64,000 nt of DNA from Clostridia bacterium. Its GTDB lineage: Bacteria; Bacillota; Clostridia; Oscillospirales; QAKW01. The notes beneath the pieces were generated by a model that did not search any database, was not told the origin of the DNA, and saw nothing but the letters and a program-made list of their open reading frames with translations. The translations under genes were made by a program, and so were the position numbers. This document shows, one piece after another, positions 42,938-52,034 of this stretch (positions within the stretch are counted from its first letter, which is position 1; the number at the start of each line of letters is the position of its first letter). The stretch is taken from the NCBI GenBank assembly GCA_017560905.1, contig JAFZEA010000015.1:7177-71176 (forward strand), in the 5' to 3' direction.

Positions 42938-43750
42938 TTATTTTACGTAGGTGACCACGACACGGCGGCGGGGCTCACTGCCCACGGAAGCGGTGGTGAT
43001 GTGATCTCTGCCGGAAAGTGTGGCGTGAATGATTCGACGCTCATAGGGACTCATAGGCTCAAGTGTCATATTCTTCTTGTACTTAAGAGCTTTGGCGGCG
43101 GTCTTCTCTGCCAGAGAAGTCAGAGCGGCAATTCTCTTGGCTCTGTAGTTTTCGGTATCCAGAGTGATGCGAATCTTGTCGTCAAACTTACGGTTGAGCA
43201 CCAGAGAGATCATATACTGCATAGCATCAAGTGTATCGCCTCTTCTGCCGATCAACACACCCATATGGCTGCCGGCCACACGAACCTCATAAGAGTTTTT
43301 CTCCTGGCCCTTACCGACTTCGATCTCGGCATCGGTCAGACCCATATTGTTCAGCGCACCGCTGAGGAACTCCTTAATAGCATCCGGTACCTCACCCTCC
43401 ACGATCTCAAGAGGTTTAACCTCGATCACGGGAGCAGGCTCTTTTTTGGCTTTGGGTGCTTTGGGCTTGGCGGGTGCCTTTTCCTTGGCTACGGGATTAT
43501 CTTTTTTAGCGATCTTTTCTACAAACGCTTCAGGTTTTTTCTCTTTTTTGGGAGCCTCAGGCTTCTTTTCGTCGGGAACCTCTTGTTCTACCTTGATCTT
43601 TGCATTGACAGCTCCGATGCCGAAAATACCCTTAACAGGCATGGTAACGACCTCATATGTCATCAGGTCTTTATCAAGTCCAAGCGTTGCTGCAGCTTTT
43701 TCTACAGCTTCCGGAATGGTCTTAGCTTCAAAAAACAGTTCTTTAATCAT
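42938..43750 (-). CDS. jag: Jag/KhpB RNA-binding protein (Jag_N, KH, R3H)
   Basis: MIKELFFEAKTIPEAVEKAAATLGL. Lys/Pro/Glu-rich linker. R3H block EPMSPYERRIIHATL. It overlaps yidC by 8 nt. Confidence 0.9.
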   Translation of the reverse strand: MIKELFFEAKTIPEAVEKAAATLGLDKDLMTYEVVTMPVKGIFGIGAVNAKIKVEQEVPDEKKPEAPKKEKKPEAFVEKIAKKDNPVAKEKAPAKPKAPKAKKEPAPVIEVKPLEIVEGEVPDAIKEFLSGALNNMGLTDAEIEVGKGQEKNSYEVRVAGSHMGVLIGRRGDTLDAMQYMISLVLNRKFDDKIRITLDTENYRAKRIAALTSLAEKTAAKALKYKKNMTLEPMSPYERRIIHATLSGRDHITTASVGSEPRRRVVVTYVK

Positions 43751-44744
43751 TGATATCTTCTCCGTTCAGTTGAGGTGCGGGTTGCTTTTTCTTCTTTTTA
43801 CCTTGGATAAACTGCGCTTTTTTGGCAGCAGCGGCCGCACGCTTTTCTTTTTCCTTTGCTTTTTCAGCGTCGATCTTAGCTTGTACCTCGGCTGCGACCT
43901 TTTTGGGATTATGGATCGCATTGAGCACAAACAGCTGGGCAATACCCAATACGTTACTGAGCAGCCAGTACAGACCCAGTCCTGCAGGTACGGTAAAGGC
44001 AATCCACAAAGACATAATGGGCATGAGGTAGAGCATCATCTTGCTGTTGCCGGCGGCAGGGTTGTCCCCCGAAGCCTGCTGCATAGGACTCATCTTCTGG
44101 CTGAGAAAACTCAGAATAAAGGAAGTGACACCTGACAGCGCAGGAATCAGCAGAATCATAAAAGCAGTGGTATTCCACACTTCTTGGGGTACCTGTGCCA
44201 GATTCAGACCCAAAAAGTCGACGTTCAGCGGAGCATCGTTCAGACGGGAAAGAATCTGGGACTCGTAACGGTTGAAGTTTTCAGCCGTGATCTGCAGAGC
44301 GCCCATATTATCAAGAATGGTTACACCCTTTTCGGTCACTGTGGTACCGAAGTCGGCAACGGCTGTTTCCCAGATCTGTGTCAAAGACCAGCCGGCCATA
44401 AAGGTCAGGGGGCGGCGAATAACCGTATACATCATTAAGAGAAGGGGCATCTGCAGCAGCATGGGCAGACAGGAGGACATAGGATTGTAGCCCTCTCTCT
44501 GATACAGCTTCTGCAGTTCTTCACTGTAACGCTGACGGTTGGAGCCATATTTTTTCATCAGCTCATCCTGATAAGGTCTGAGCCGTACCATTGCCATAGA
44601 ACTCTTGTGCTGTTTAAGAGAAATAGGGAAGAGAACGATCTTCAGCAAAATGGTAAACAGTACGATGGACAGACCGTAGTTTTGTACAAAACCGTAGATC
44701 CATCCCATGGGTGTGCCGATAATGGCACAGAAGGTATTCCACAT
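43743..44744 (-). CDS. yidC: Membrane protein insertase YidC/SpoIIIJ
   Basis: 333 aa from ATG 44744 (AAAGGAG upstream): MWNTFCAIIGTPMGWIYGFVQNYGLSIVLFTILLKIVLFPISLKQ. Basic C-terminal tail. The ORF-track start is 44816. Confidence 0.9.
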   Translation of the reverse strand: MWNTFCAIIGTPMGWIYGFVQNYGLSIVLFTILLKIVLFPISLKQHKSSMAMVRLRPYQDELMKKYGSNRQRYSEELQKLYQREGYNPMSSCLPMLLQMPLLLMMYTVIRRPLTFMAGWSLTQIWETAVADFGTTVTEKGVTILDNMGALQITAENFNRYESQILSRLNDAPLNVDFLGLNLAQVPQEVWNTTAFMILLIPALSGVTSFILSFLSQKMSPMQQASGDNPAAGNSKMMLYLMPIMSLWIAFTVPAGLGLYWLLSNVLGIAQLFVLNAIHNPKKVAAEVQAKIDAEKAKEKEKRAAAAAKKAQFIQGKKKKKQPAPQLNGEDIND

Positions 44745-44761
44745 AGTGTTTCTCCTTTGAT

Positions 44762-45016
44762 TTATTTTTCCCAGAATTTCCGCTGGGGTACATAATCTAT
44801 CCCGCCTTTTGACCAAGGATTACAGCGCAAAATACGCCACAGCGCCAGTCCACCGCCGTAGATAACACCATGTTTGCGCACTGCTGTCATAGCATATTCA
44901 GAACAGGTGGGATAGAATTTGCAATGCGGTCCGGTCAGAGGAGAAATAAACCGTCGATAAAACCGTATCGGCAGTACCGCGATCTCTCTTATTTTCTTCC
45001 TCATTTGATCCATCAT
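44762..45016 (-). CDS. yidD: Membrane protein insertion efficiency factor YidD
   Basis: YRRFISPLTGPHCKFYPTCSEYA...LRCNPWSKGGIDYVP. ATG 45016 overlaps the rnpA stop. Confidence 0.85.
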   Translation of the reverse strand: MMDQMRKKIREIAVLPIRFYRRFISPLTGPHCKFYPTCSEYAMTAVRKHGVIYGGGLALWRILRCNPWSKGGIDYVPQRKFWEK

Positions 45017-45324
45017 TTTCCAAATACCTCTGCAATGGGTGCTTCCAGATCCGTACTCTTGACAAAAGCGCATTTTGTCCGGGCCACCACAATGATATCC
45101 GCGTTAGGCAGAATATCACGCTTGGCAGCAAAGGCCGCACGGATAATACGTCGCATCCGATTACGGGTAGGGGCATTGCCCTGTTTTTTGGTAACGGTAA
45201 TACCGAGACGGGGTTCTCGGCCTCGCCCTTTGAGAACATAGATCACCATGGTGGGAAAAACATAACTTTTTCCTTTTTTATATGCACGGCGAAATATGTA
45301 GTTTTCTTTAATACTGCGAATCAT
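45013..45324 (-). CDS. rnpA: Ribonuclease P protein component
   Basis: 103 aa from ATG 45324: MIRSIKENYIFRRAYKKGKS...GITVTKKQGNAPTRNRMRRIIRAAF (RNR motif). The ORF-track start 45447 is an upstream extension. Confidence 0.9.
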   Translation of the reverse strand: MIRSIKENYIFRRAYKKGKSYVFPTMVIYVLKGRGREPRLGITVTKKQGNAPTRNRMRRIIRAAFAAKRDILPNADIIVVARTKCAFVKSTDLEAPIAEVFGK

Positions 45325-45470
45325 ACCGTTCTCCTTAGAAGAAATACCTGTCAAAAGAAACACTTTTGTAAAAGTAACAAGCAAAACCAGGTAACCGATC
45401 ATCATAAATTTTCCGCTCTTTGCGGTAAATCTAATAAAAAAGGTCACATTTTTATGTGACCTTTATTATT

Positions 45471-45605
45471 TTAGTGAGATAATCTCTTTCTTCCTTTGGC
45501 TCTTCTTCTGGCCAAAACTTTTTGTCCGTTGGCGGTCATCATTCTCTTTCTGAAGCCATGGACCTTGCTTCTCTGTCTTTTCTTGGGTTGATAGGTTCTA
45601 ACCAC
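45471..45605 (-). CDS. rpmH: 50S ribosomal protein L34
   Basis: 44 aa from GTG 45605 (GAGGAGG 8 nt upstream): (M)[43 protein letters not shown]. Confidence 0.9.
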   Translation of the reverse strand: MVRTYQPKKRQRSKVHGFRKRMMTANGQKVLARRRAKGRKRLSH

Positions 45606-45674
45606 GATTTGCACCTCCTCATTATCGCTTTCCGGGGCTTTCTGTCCCCAAAGCATACTTATAAAGCATAGATA

Positions 45675-45703
45675 ATTATATATTTAATTTATAGGTTTGT
45701 CAA
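45675..45703 (-). promoter_or_regulatory. Consensus sigma-A promoter of rpmH-rnpA
   Basis: Minus strand has TTGACA (45703-45698), a 17-nt spacer and TATAAT (45680-45675). Confidence 0.65.
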
Positions 45704-45770
45704 CAGTTTTTTACAAACAAAATTTGTAAATCAATATCTGCTGTCATAATTATTATATAAACACAAGATA

Positions 45771-45799
45771 TTGACATAATTTTAAAAAACAAATATAAT
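45771..45799 (+). promoter_or_regulatory. Consensus sigma-A promoter of the VanY-SLH gene
   Basis: TTGACA (45771-45776), a 17-nt spacer and TATAAT (45794-45799), 35 nt before the ATG. Confidence 0.65.
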
Positions 45800-45833
45800 T
45801 GAATTACAAAAATTCTATTTGTGAGGTAGAAAA

Positions 45834-47279
45834 ATGCGTAAATTGATCTGTTTTTTATTGGTCTTTTGTGTACTGGCGGGTGCATTTTCTTGTATGGCGT
45901 TGGAAGTTGACACCATCAACAATCTACTGTCCTCCAAATATATGATTCTCGTCAATCGTGAGTATACCGTATCTTCCGATTACGTGCCAAGTGACCTTGT
46001 GACCTATCCCGGCAGCAGCTACAAGCTGGAAAAAAACTGTGCCGCCGCCCTGCAAAAACTCATCAATGCTTGTGCCGCGGCAAACGGAGAACGTCTTGTA
46101 CTCTATTCAGGTTACCGCACCTATCAAACTCAATATAACAAATACTATAATAAGGTCAACCAATACATAAACAACGGATATTCAAGAGATAAGGCTATCA
46201 CTCTGACCGATCAATACTATGCCCGACCCGGTGCCAGTGAGCATCACACAGGGCTTGCGGCAGATATCTGCACCCCCTCTTCGGTCAACAAATACGGCCA
46301 GCTGCACGAATCCTTCGGCAATACCGCCGAGGGAAAATGGCTGAAAAAAAATTCCTGGAAATACGGTTTTATTCTCCGCTACGAAAAGGGTAAAGAGCAC
46401 ATTACGGGATATAATTACGAGCCTTGGCATTTTCGCTATGTGGGCGACATTGCCGAGGAAATATATCAGTCGGGACTGACCTATGAGGAGTATTTTGCCA
46501 AGCTAAAAACCGCACAAAACAAACTCTCCTCCGCTCCTGAAATGACCATTAAAAACAATAAAGTTTTTCTCTCTGCTCCCGACGGTGTCACCATCCGCTA
46601 CACCTCAGACGGCAGTACCCCTACTATGTCCTCAAAGGCTTATTCCTCAGCGTTTTCCACGAAAAACAAGACCTACAAAGCCATTGCTTTTTATGACGGA
46701 CACACGTCTGCCGTCGCTACCGTGACCATTACGAAATACGGGGATATCTTCAAAGATATTTCCACCAAAGATTGGTATTATTCCGCTGTCAGCAAAGCGG
46801 TCAACATCGGCGCATTTTCCGGTACAGGCGATTACACCTTTGCCCCCAATACAGAAATGAGCAGAGCGATGATTGCACAGGTATTGGCCAATATCAATGG
46901 TGTTGATCTTGCCGCCTACAAAGGAAAAACTGCCTATCGTGATGTTTCCTCCAAAAAGTGGTATGCTGCCGCCATCAACTGGGCTACCGAGCAAAATATT
47001 GTTCAAGGCATCGGAAACAGCGAATTTGCACCCAATACTTCCATTACCAGAGAACAGGTGTGTACCGTGCTTTATAACGCCACCACCACGAAAAAATACA
47101 CTCTGAAAAACAATACCTTTACCGATCAGGAAAGTATTTCCTCCTGGGCGAAAAAAGGCGTGGCATTTTGCTATCAGAACGACATTGTTAACGGCTATCC
47201 GGAAGGAACCTTTCAACCGCAGCATTCAGCTTCCCGTGCAGAAGTTGCCAAAATGATACTGTCGTATTTATCTATATAA
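45834..47279 (+). CDS. Secreted VanY/M15B D,D-carboxypeptidase fused to three SLH repeats
   Basis: Signal peptide. M15 zinc motifs SGYRTY, SEHHTGLAADI and EPWHFRYVG. Middle domain (VTIRYTSDGSTPT). SLH repeats (FAPNTEMSRAMIAQVL, FAPNTSITREQVCTVL, FQPQHSASRAEVAKMI). Confidence 0.85.
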   Translation: MRKLICFLLVFCVLAGAFSCMALEVDTINNLLSSKYMILVNREYTVSSDYVPSDLVTYPGSSYKLEKNCAAALQKLINACAAANGERLVLYSGYRTYQTQYNKYYNKVNQYINNGYSRDKAITLTDQYYARPGASEHHTGLAADICTPSSVNKYGQLHESFGNTAEGKWLKKNSWKYGFILRYEKGKEHITGYNYEPWHFRYVGDIAEEIYQSGLTYEEYFAKLKTAQNKLSSAPEMTIKNNKVFLSAPDGVTIRYTSDGSTPTMSSKAYSSAFSTKNKTYKAIAFYDGHTSAVATVTITKYGDIFKDISTKDWYYSAVSKAVNIGAFSGTGDYTFAPNTEMSRAMIAQVLANINGVDLAAYKGKTAYRDVSSKKWYAAAINWATEQNIVQGIGNSEFAPNTSITREQVCTVLYNATTTKKYTLKNNTFTDQESISSWAKKGVAFCYQNDIVNGYPEGTFQPQHSASRAEVAKMILSYLSI

Positions 47280-47297
47280 TAGAAAAAACCACACTAT

Positions 47298-47335
47298 GGG
47301 AGACACTTCGTAAAGAAGTGTTCTCCCTTTTTCTT
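47298..47335 (+). terminator. Terminator after the VanY-SLH gene
   Basis: GGGAGACACTTC-gtaaa-GAAGTGTTCTCCC followed by TTTTTC. Confidence 0.8.
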
Positions 47336-47350
47336 TCGCCAGTCTGCAAA

Positions 47351-47476
47351 GTTATATTGAAACTTTACAGTTTCAGTGGTATTATATTCACTTTTAAACT
47401 GTCCGAAGGACAATATCACGGTGCGTAGCATCGTATCACTGCGAAGCAATATAACTCGCCTTTAGGCGAATATAAC
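47351..47476. repeat. Array of five mini-hairpins separated by ATAT(C/A)AC-type spacers
   Basis: GTTATATT|gaaact-ttac-agtttc|..TATATTCAC..|gtcc-gaa-ggac|a ATATCAC|ggtgc-gta-gcatc|GTATCAC|tgc-gaa-gca|ATATAAC|tcgcc-ttta-ggcga|ATATAAC. The glyQS terminator hairpin follows. Confidence 0.5.
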
Positions 47477-47506
47477 TGAGGCACCTTCCTTACGGAGGGT
47501 GCCTCA
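47477..47506 (-). terminator. Hairpin downstream of glyQS
   Basis: TGAGGCACCTTCC-ttac-GGAGGGTGCCTCA, a 13-bp stem including one G-U pair, 17 nt after the glyQS stop. Confidence 0.65.
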
Positions 47507-47522
47507 TCGGGTGGTTTTTCTT

Positions 47523-48905
47523 TTAGAATTTAAAACTCTTTTTGATGTAATCTGCAACTTCATCAATGGGCAGTCTAACCTGCTCCATAGTATCTCTGTC
47601 ACGGACAGTAACACAACCGTCTGTTTCACTCTCAAAGTCATAAGTAACACAGTAAGGTGTGCCGATCTCGTCCTCTCTGCGGTAACGCTTACCGATCGAA
47701 CCGGTGTCATCAAAGTCGCAGGGGAATTCTGCGGCCAGCTTGTCAAATACTTCCCAGGCCTTATCCGACAGCTTTTTAGACAGCGGAAGAACGGCAGCTT
47801 TGTAAGGAGCCAATGCAGGATGCAGGCGCAGAACCACACGGGTATCATTCTTTTCTGCATCAACAACCTCTTCGTCATAGGCCTCTACCAGGAATGCAAG
47901 CAGCACTCTGTCACAGCCCAGAGAAGGCTCGATAACGTAGGGAATATACTTCTCATTGGTAACGGGATCCATATACTCCATCTTCTCGCCTGCGTGATTG
48001 CCGTGCTGAGAAAGATCGTAATCGGTACGGTCGGCAATACCCCACAACTCACCAAAGCCGAAGGGGAACAAAAATTCAATGTCAGTGGTGGCCTTGGAAT
48101 AGAAAGCCAGCTCCTCCTGCTCGTGATCTCTGAGTCGCAGGCTCTCCTCGCGGATGCCCAGAGCTTTCAACCAGTTTTCACAGGTATCCTTCCAATATTT
48201 GAACCAATCCAGATCTGTTCCGGGAGCACAGAAAAATTCCAGCTCCATCTGCTCAAATTCACGGGTACGGAAAATGAAGTTACCGGGTGTGATCTCATTA
48301 CGGAAGCTCTTACCGATCTGACCGACACCAAAGGGAATCTTTCTTCTGGAAGCTCTCTGGATGTTCTTAAAGTCTACGAAAATGCCCTGTGCCGTTTCGG
48401 GACGCAGATATACCTCGTTCTTGGCATCCTCGGTTACACCCTGGAAGGTTTTGAACATCAGATTAAACTTTCTGACCTCGGTAAAGTTACACTTACCGCA
48501 ATCAGGACAAACGATATTGTTATCTTTAATGAAATTAAAAATTTCTTCATTGGTCCAGCCGTCAGCCACCTGACCGGTAGCATCTTCGATCAGCTTGTCC
48601 GCACGGTGACGGGTCTTACACTCTTTACAGTCCATCAAAGGATCGCTGAAACCGCCGACGTGACCGCTGGCCACCCAAGTTTCGGGATTCATAATGATCG
48701 CACTGTCAAGACCTACGTTGTAACGGCTCTGGGTTACAAATTTCTGCCACCAAGCTTTTTTAATATTATTCTTAAGCTCTACGCCCAAAGGACCGTAATC
48801 CCAGGAGTTGGCAAGTCCACCGTAAATCTCACTGCCGGGGAAAACAAAACCTCTGCCCTTGCACAGAGCTACGATTTTTTCCATTGTCTTTTCTGTATTT
48901 TTCAT
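47523..48905 (-). CDS. glyQS: Glycine--tRNA ligase (homodimeric GlyQS type)
   Basis: 460 aa. [46 protein letters not shown], class II motifs and a C-terminal anticodon-binding domain. AAGGAG RBS. Confidence 0.95.
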   Translation of the reverse strand: MKNTEKTMEKIVALCKGRGFVFPGSEIYGGLANSWDYGPLGVELKNNIKKAWWQKFVTQSRYNVGLDSAIIMNPETWVASGHVGGFSDPLMDCKECKTRHRADKLIEDATGQVADGWTNEEIFNFIKDNNIVCPDCGKCNFTEVRKFNLMFKTFQGVTEDAKNEVYLRPETAQGIFVDFKNIQRASRRKIPFGVGQIGKSFRNEITPGNFIFRTREFEQMELEFFCAPGTDLDWFKYWKDTCENWLKALGIREESLRLRDHEQEELAFYSKATTDIEFLFPFGFGELWGIADRTDYDLSQHGNHAGEKMEYMDPVTNEKYIPYVIEPSLGCDRVLLAFLVEAYDEEVVDAEKNDTRVVLRLHPALAPYKAAVLPLSKKLSDKAWEVFDKLAAEFPCDFDDTGSIGKRYRREDEIGTPYCVTYDFESETDGCVTVRDRDTMEQVRLPIDEVADYIKKSFKF

Positions 48906-49074
48906 AAGATTTCTCCTTATAGCATTATATTGACCATTATAACCACTATTTTTATGACTGTCAACCGATTTTTTCCACAGATTTTTAATAAAATGTTGAT
49001 TTTCTTTATTTTATATGATATTATAAAGTATAACTATAAATATAATTAATATATAACAAAAAGGAGGATGTTAA

Positions 49075-50430
49075 ATGCAATCTTTTAACGATGTATGGGA
49101 AAAAGCATTGGTTTTGATCAAACCTCAGATCTCTACCGTCAGTTACGACAGCTGGATCAATCTGCTCAAGCCCGTTAAAATGGAAAACAATATCGCATAC
49201 TTTTACGTACGCACCCTCTTTCAAAAGGGAACGATAGAAAATAATTTTATCAGTATTATAAATAAAGCACTTTCAGACAGCGTTGGTTTTACCGTCACCG
49301 CGCAAATCATTACCGAAAGTGATGCACCGCCCCGTATTATTGAAAAAGCAAAGGAAAATGAAGCCCGCTTTAATGAAGTTATTTCACAGCAGGAAGAATA
49401 CATTTTAGGCTCTCAACAAAAGCTTACGTTTGACAATTTCGTTGTCGGTAATGAAAACAAATTTGCACACGCCGCCGCACTTGCGGTTGCCAACAATCCG
49501 GGTAAAGCCTACAATCCTTTGTTTATCTACGGCAGAAGCGGTTTGGGTAAGACCCACCTGATGTGCGCCATTGCCAACGAGATCAAAAGAAATAAACCCG
49601 ACGCCGTTATTCTTTATATCAAATCCGAAGAATTTGTTATCGAGATGGTTGATGCTCTGCAAAAAGGCAAAATGAAGGATTTCCGTTCCAAATACAGATA
49701 TGTAGATGCATTGTTGGTAGATGACGTTCAGTTTATTGCCAATAAAGAGAGTATACAGGAAGAATTTTTCCACACCTTTGAAACACTGCATGAGGCGGAC
49801 AAGCAGATCGTTCTGACTTCCGACCGTCCTCCGCAGGAAATGCTTACACTTACCGAGCGTTTGCGTACCCGTTTTCTCAGCGGTCTGCCGGCAGACATCC
49901 AGCCTCCGGATTTTGAGACCCGCTGTGCGATCATCAAAAAGAAAGCCACTTCTCTGGGATTGGAACTTTCCAATGAAGTTGTAGAATTCGTAGCACAGAA
50001 ACTGCACACCAACGTCCGTGAACTGGAGGGCTGTATCAATAAGATCAAGGCCTACAACGTTCTCTACAACAAGCGTCCCTCACTGGAAACTGCACAGAAT
50101 GCCATCGCTTCCGTCATTTCCGAAAATATGCCCTCTGCCATTTCTGCAGAGCTGATTATGGACACCGTTGCCCGTTACTACAACACTACCGTTGAAGAAC
50201 TTATGGGCAAAAAGAGAACGGCCACCATCGTCACACCCCGACAGATCGCTATGTATATCTGCAGTGAGATGACGGGAATGTCGCTTACCGAGATCGGTGC
50301 CGCATTCGGCGGAAAAGACCACACTACGGTCCTTCATTCCATTAAAAAGATCAAAGAACTGATTGAAGCTGATCCTAAACTTTCACAGACCACCCATGAT
50401 CTGATGGAAAATATCCGCAAATCCTTCTGA
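49075..50430 (+). CDS. dnaA: Chromosomal replication initiator DnaA
   Basis: Walker A GRSGLGKTHL, Walker B LLVDDVQF, and domain IV (VTPRQIAMYICSEMTGMSLTEIGAAFGGKDHTTVLHSIKKI). Confidence 0.97.
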   Translation: MQSFNDVWEKALVLIKPQISTVSYDSWINLLKPVKMENNIAYFYVRTLFQKGTIENNFISIINKALSDSVGFTVTAQIITESDAPPRIIEKAKENEARFNEVISQQEEYILGSQQKLTFDNFVVGNENKFAHAAALAVANNPGKAYNPLFIYGRSGLGKTHLMCAIANEIKRNKPDAVILYIKSEEFVIEMVDALQKGKMKDFRSKYRYVDALLVDDVQFIANKESIQEEFFHTFETLHEADKQIVLTSDRPPQEMLTLTERLRTRFLSGLPADIQPPDFETRCAIIKKKATSLGLELSNEVVEFVAQKLHTNVRELEGCINKIKAYNVLYNKRPSLETAQNAIASVISENMPSAISAELIMDTVARYYNTTVEELMGKKRTATIVTPRQIAMYICSEMTGMSLTEIGAAFGGKDHTTVLHSIKKIKELIEADPKLSQTTHDLMENIRKSF

Positions 50431-50431
50431 T

Positions 50432-50660
50432 TTTTCCACAGAAAAATTCACAATTATTCAAATCTGTTCACATCTTTACCCAGCCAAAAATCAATCGTTT
50501 TTTCGGTTGTGAATAAGTGGAAAGTTATTCTGACAGTTTTAAAGAGTCTGTCCACACCCTGTATTGTTTGCTGCCAACAGAAAAATCTGACTTATCCACG
50601 ATATTCACAACCACTACAATAACAACAATAATAAAAAAAGTATTCTTATCTCTTTCAGAG
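50432..50660. other. Probable oriC: DnaA-box cluster plus AT-rich unwinding region
   Basis: Boxes compared with TTATCCACA: TTTTCCACA 50432-40; TGTGAATAA 50508-16 (reverse orientation, 1 mismatch); CTGTCCACA 50548-56; TTATCCACG 50592-600; ATATTCACA 50601-09; weaker AAATTCACA 50445-53. An A/T-rich run follows at 50610-50660. Confidence 0.65.
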
Positions 50661-50695
50661 AGAAATTTTAAAGTGCAAAGAAAGGAAAAGGGAAA

Positions 50696-51817
50696 ATGAT
50701 TTTTTCTTGTGAAAAAGCACGAATCAATGAAGCCGTTGCCGTAGTTTCCAGAGCCGCCGCTGCCAAAAGCTCACTGGCCGCACTGGAGGGAATCTTGCTG
50801 GAAGCTGCCGGAGATAAAGTAAAGCTGACCGCATATGATCTGGATATTGCCGTTATTTTCAGTATACCTGCACAGATCGAGGCAGAGGGCAGTATTGTTC
50901 TTCCTGCTAAGCTGTTTGGTGATATTGTCAGAAAATTGCCTGACGGTATGGTGCGCATCCAGACTGATGAAAAATTTATGACCAAGATCAACGGCGGCAG
51001 TGTAAAGTTTACCATTGCAGGTCTTTCTCCCGTAGAATATCCGGAGCTTCCCACGGTCATTGACGGAGACGAGCTTATTTTAGAATGTGAAAGTTTTAAA
51101 AATCTTTTAAAACAAACGGTATTTGCTGCCGCAGAAACCGACGAACGTCCCGTTTTGCAGGGTATTCTTTTTGATATTGAGGCAGAGCAGAACAAAATTC
51201 ACGGTGTTGCCGTTGACGGAATTCGTCTGGCTGTAAGAAACGAGCCCATCATTTCTTTTAAAGGAATGAATGAAAAATTCGTTATTCCCAAAAAGACAGT
51301 TTTGGAGCTGCTCAAAAATATTCCGGAGGAAACTGAGGAGCTGGTCGTTAACATTTCCATTTCTCATAAACATCTTATTTTCCGTATGGATGAAAAGGTG
51401 ATCATTTCCCGCAGACTGGAAGGCGAATTCTTAAACTACAAGATTGCCATTCCCTCAAACCATAATTTTTCCGTTACGGTGGATAAAAGACAGATGGCCT
51501 CATCTATTGAAAGAGCTGCGCTTCTTGTCAATCCCACAGTTCGTATTCCCATTCACTGCACGTTTGATTACAGCATTATCAAACTGTCTACCACCACCAA
51601 TATGGGTAAATTTTATGATGAATTTGAGATCGAGCCTTTCCACAACACTCTGGAGATCGGATTTAATCACAGAATGATGTTGGATGCGCTCAATGCCTGT
51701 GAAGACAGTGAGGTAAAAATTGAACTTGGCAGTGCTTTGGAGCCCATTGTATTGAAACCGGTGGAGGGTGATGACTTTATCTTCCTCGTAATGCCGATGA
51801 GATTGACAAATGACTAA
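50696..51817 (+). CDS. dnaN: DNA polymerase III beta sliding clamp
   Basis: 373 aa. MIFSCEKARINEAVAVVSRAAAAKSSLAALEGILLEA...VKLTAYDLD. Three-domain clamp length. Canonical position after dnaA. Confidence 0.95.
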   Translation: MIFSCEKARINEAVAVVSRAAAAKSSLAALEGILLEAAGDKVKLTAYDLDIAVIFSIPAQIEAEGSIVLPAKLFGDIVRKLPDGMVRIQTDEKFMTKINGGSVKFTIAGLSPVEYPELPTVIDGDELILECESFKNLLKQTVFAAAETDERPVLQGILFDIEAEQNKIHGVAVDGIRLAVRNEPIISFKGMNEKFVIPKKTVLELLKNIPEETEELVVNISISHKHLIFRMDEKVIISRRLEGEFLNYKIAIPSNHNFSVTVDKRQMASSIERAALLVNPTVRIPIHCTFDYSIIKLSTTTNMGKFYDEFEIEPFHNTLEIGFNHRMMLDALNACEDSEVKIELGSALEPIVLKPVEGDDFIFLVMPMRLTND

Positions 51818-52034
51818 GATATATATTCATACACCATTCATTAAACTCAAGGATGCTCTGAAATTTGCCGGTGCTGTAGAAAGCGGTGCAGTTGCTAAAA
51901 TTGCCGTACTGGAGGGCAAAGTCAAGGTTAACGGAGAAATTTGCACTGTCAGCGGCAAAAAAATGGTAGTTGGCGATATTATTGAGTATGATAGTGTGAC
52001 GTATGAGGTTACTCACGATTTTTCCACAAAATGA
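51810..52034 (+). CDS. yaaA: S4-domain RNA-binding protein YaaA
   Basis: 74 aa. IKLKDALKFAGAVESGAVAKIAVLEGKVKVNGEICTVSGKKMVVGDII. Canonical position between dnaN and recF. Confidence 0.85.
   Translation: MTKIYIHTPFIKLKDALKFAGAVESGAVAKIAVLEGKVKVNGEICTVSGKKMVVGDIIEYDSVTYEVTHDFSTK

Noticed and set aside
48906-49074. Expected T-box leader upstream of glyQS (and upstream of serS at 31880)
   Set aside because: I could not find a T-box core, specifier loop or terminator/antiterminator pair by eye. The glyQS spacer is too short and AT-rich, and serS starts 1 nt after the preceding gene. Absence should still be confirmed with a covariance model.
50517-50699. 60-aa ORF in the dnaA-dnaN spacer
   Set aside because: It lies over the DnaA-box cluster and AT-rich region, has no RBS, and its low-complexity translation (TTTITTII) simply reflects AT-rich DNA.
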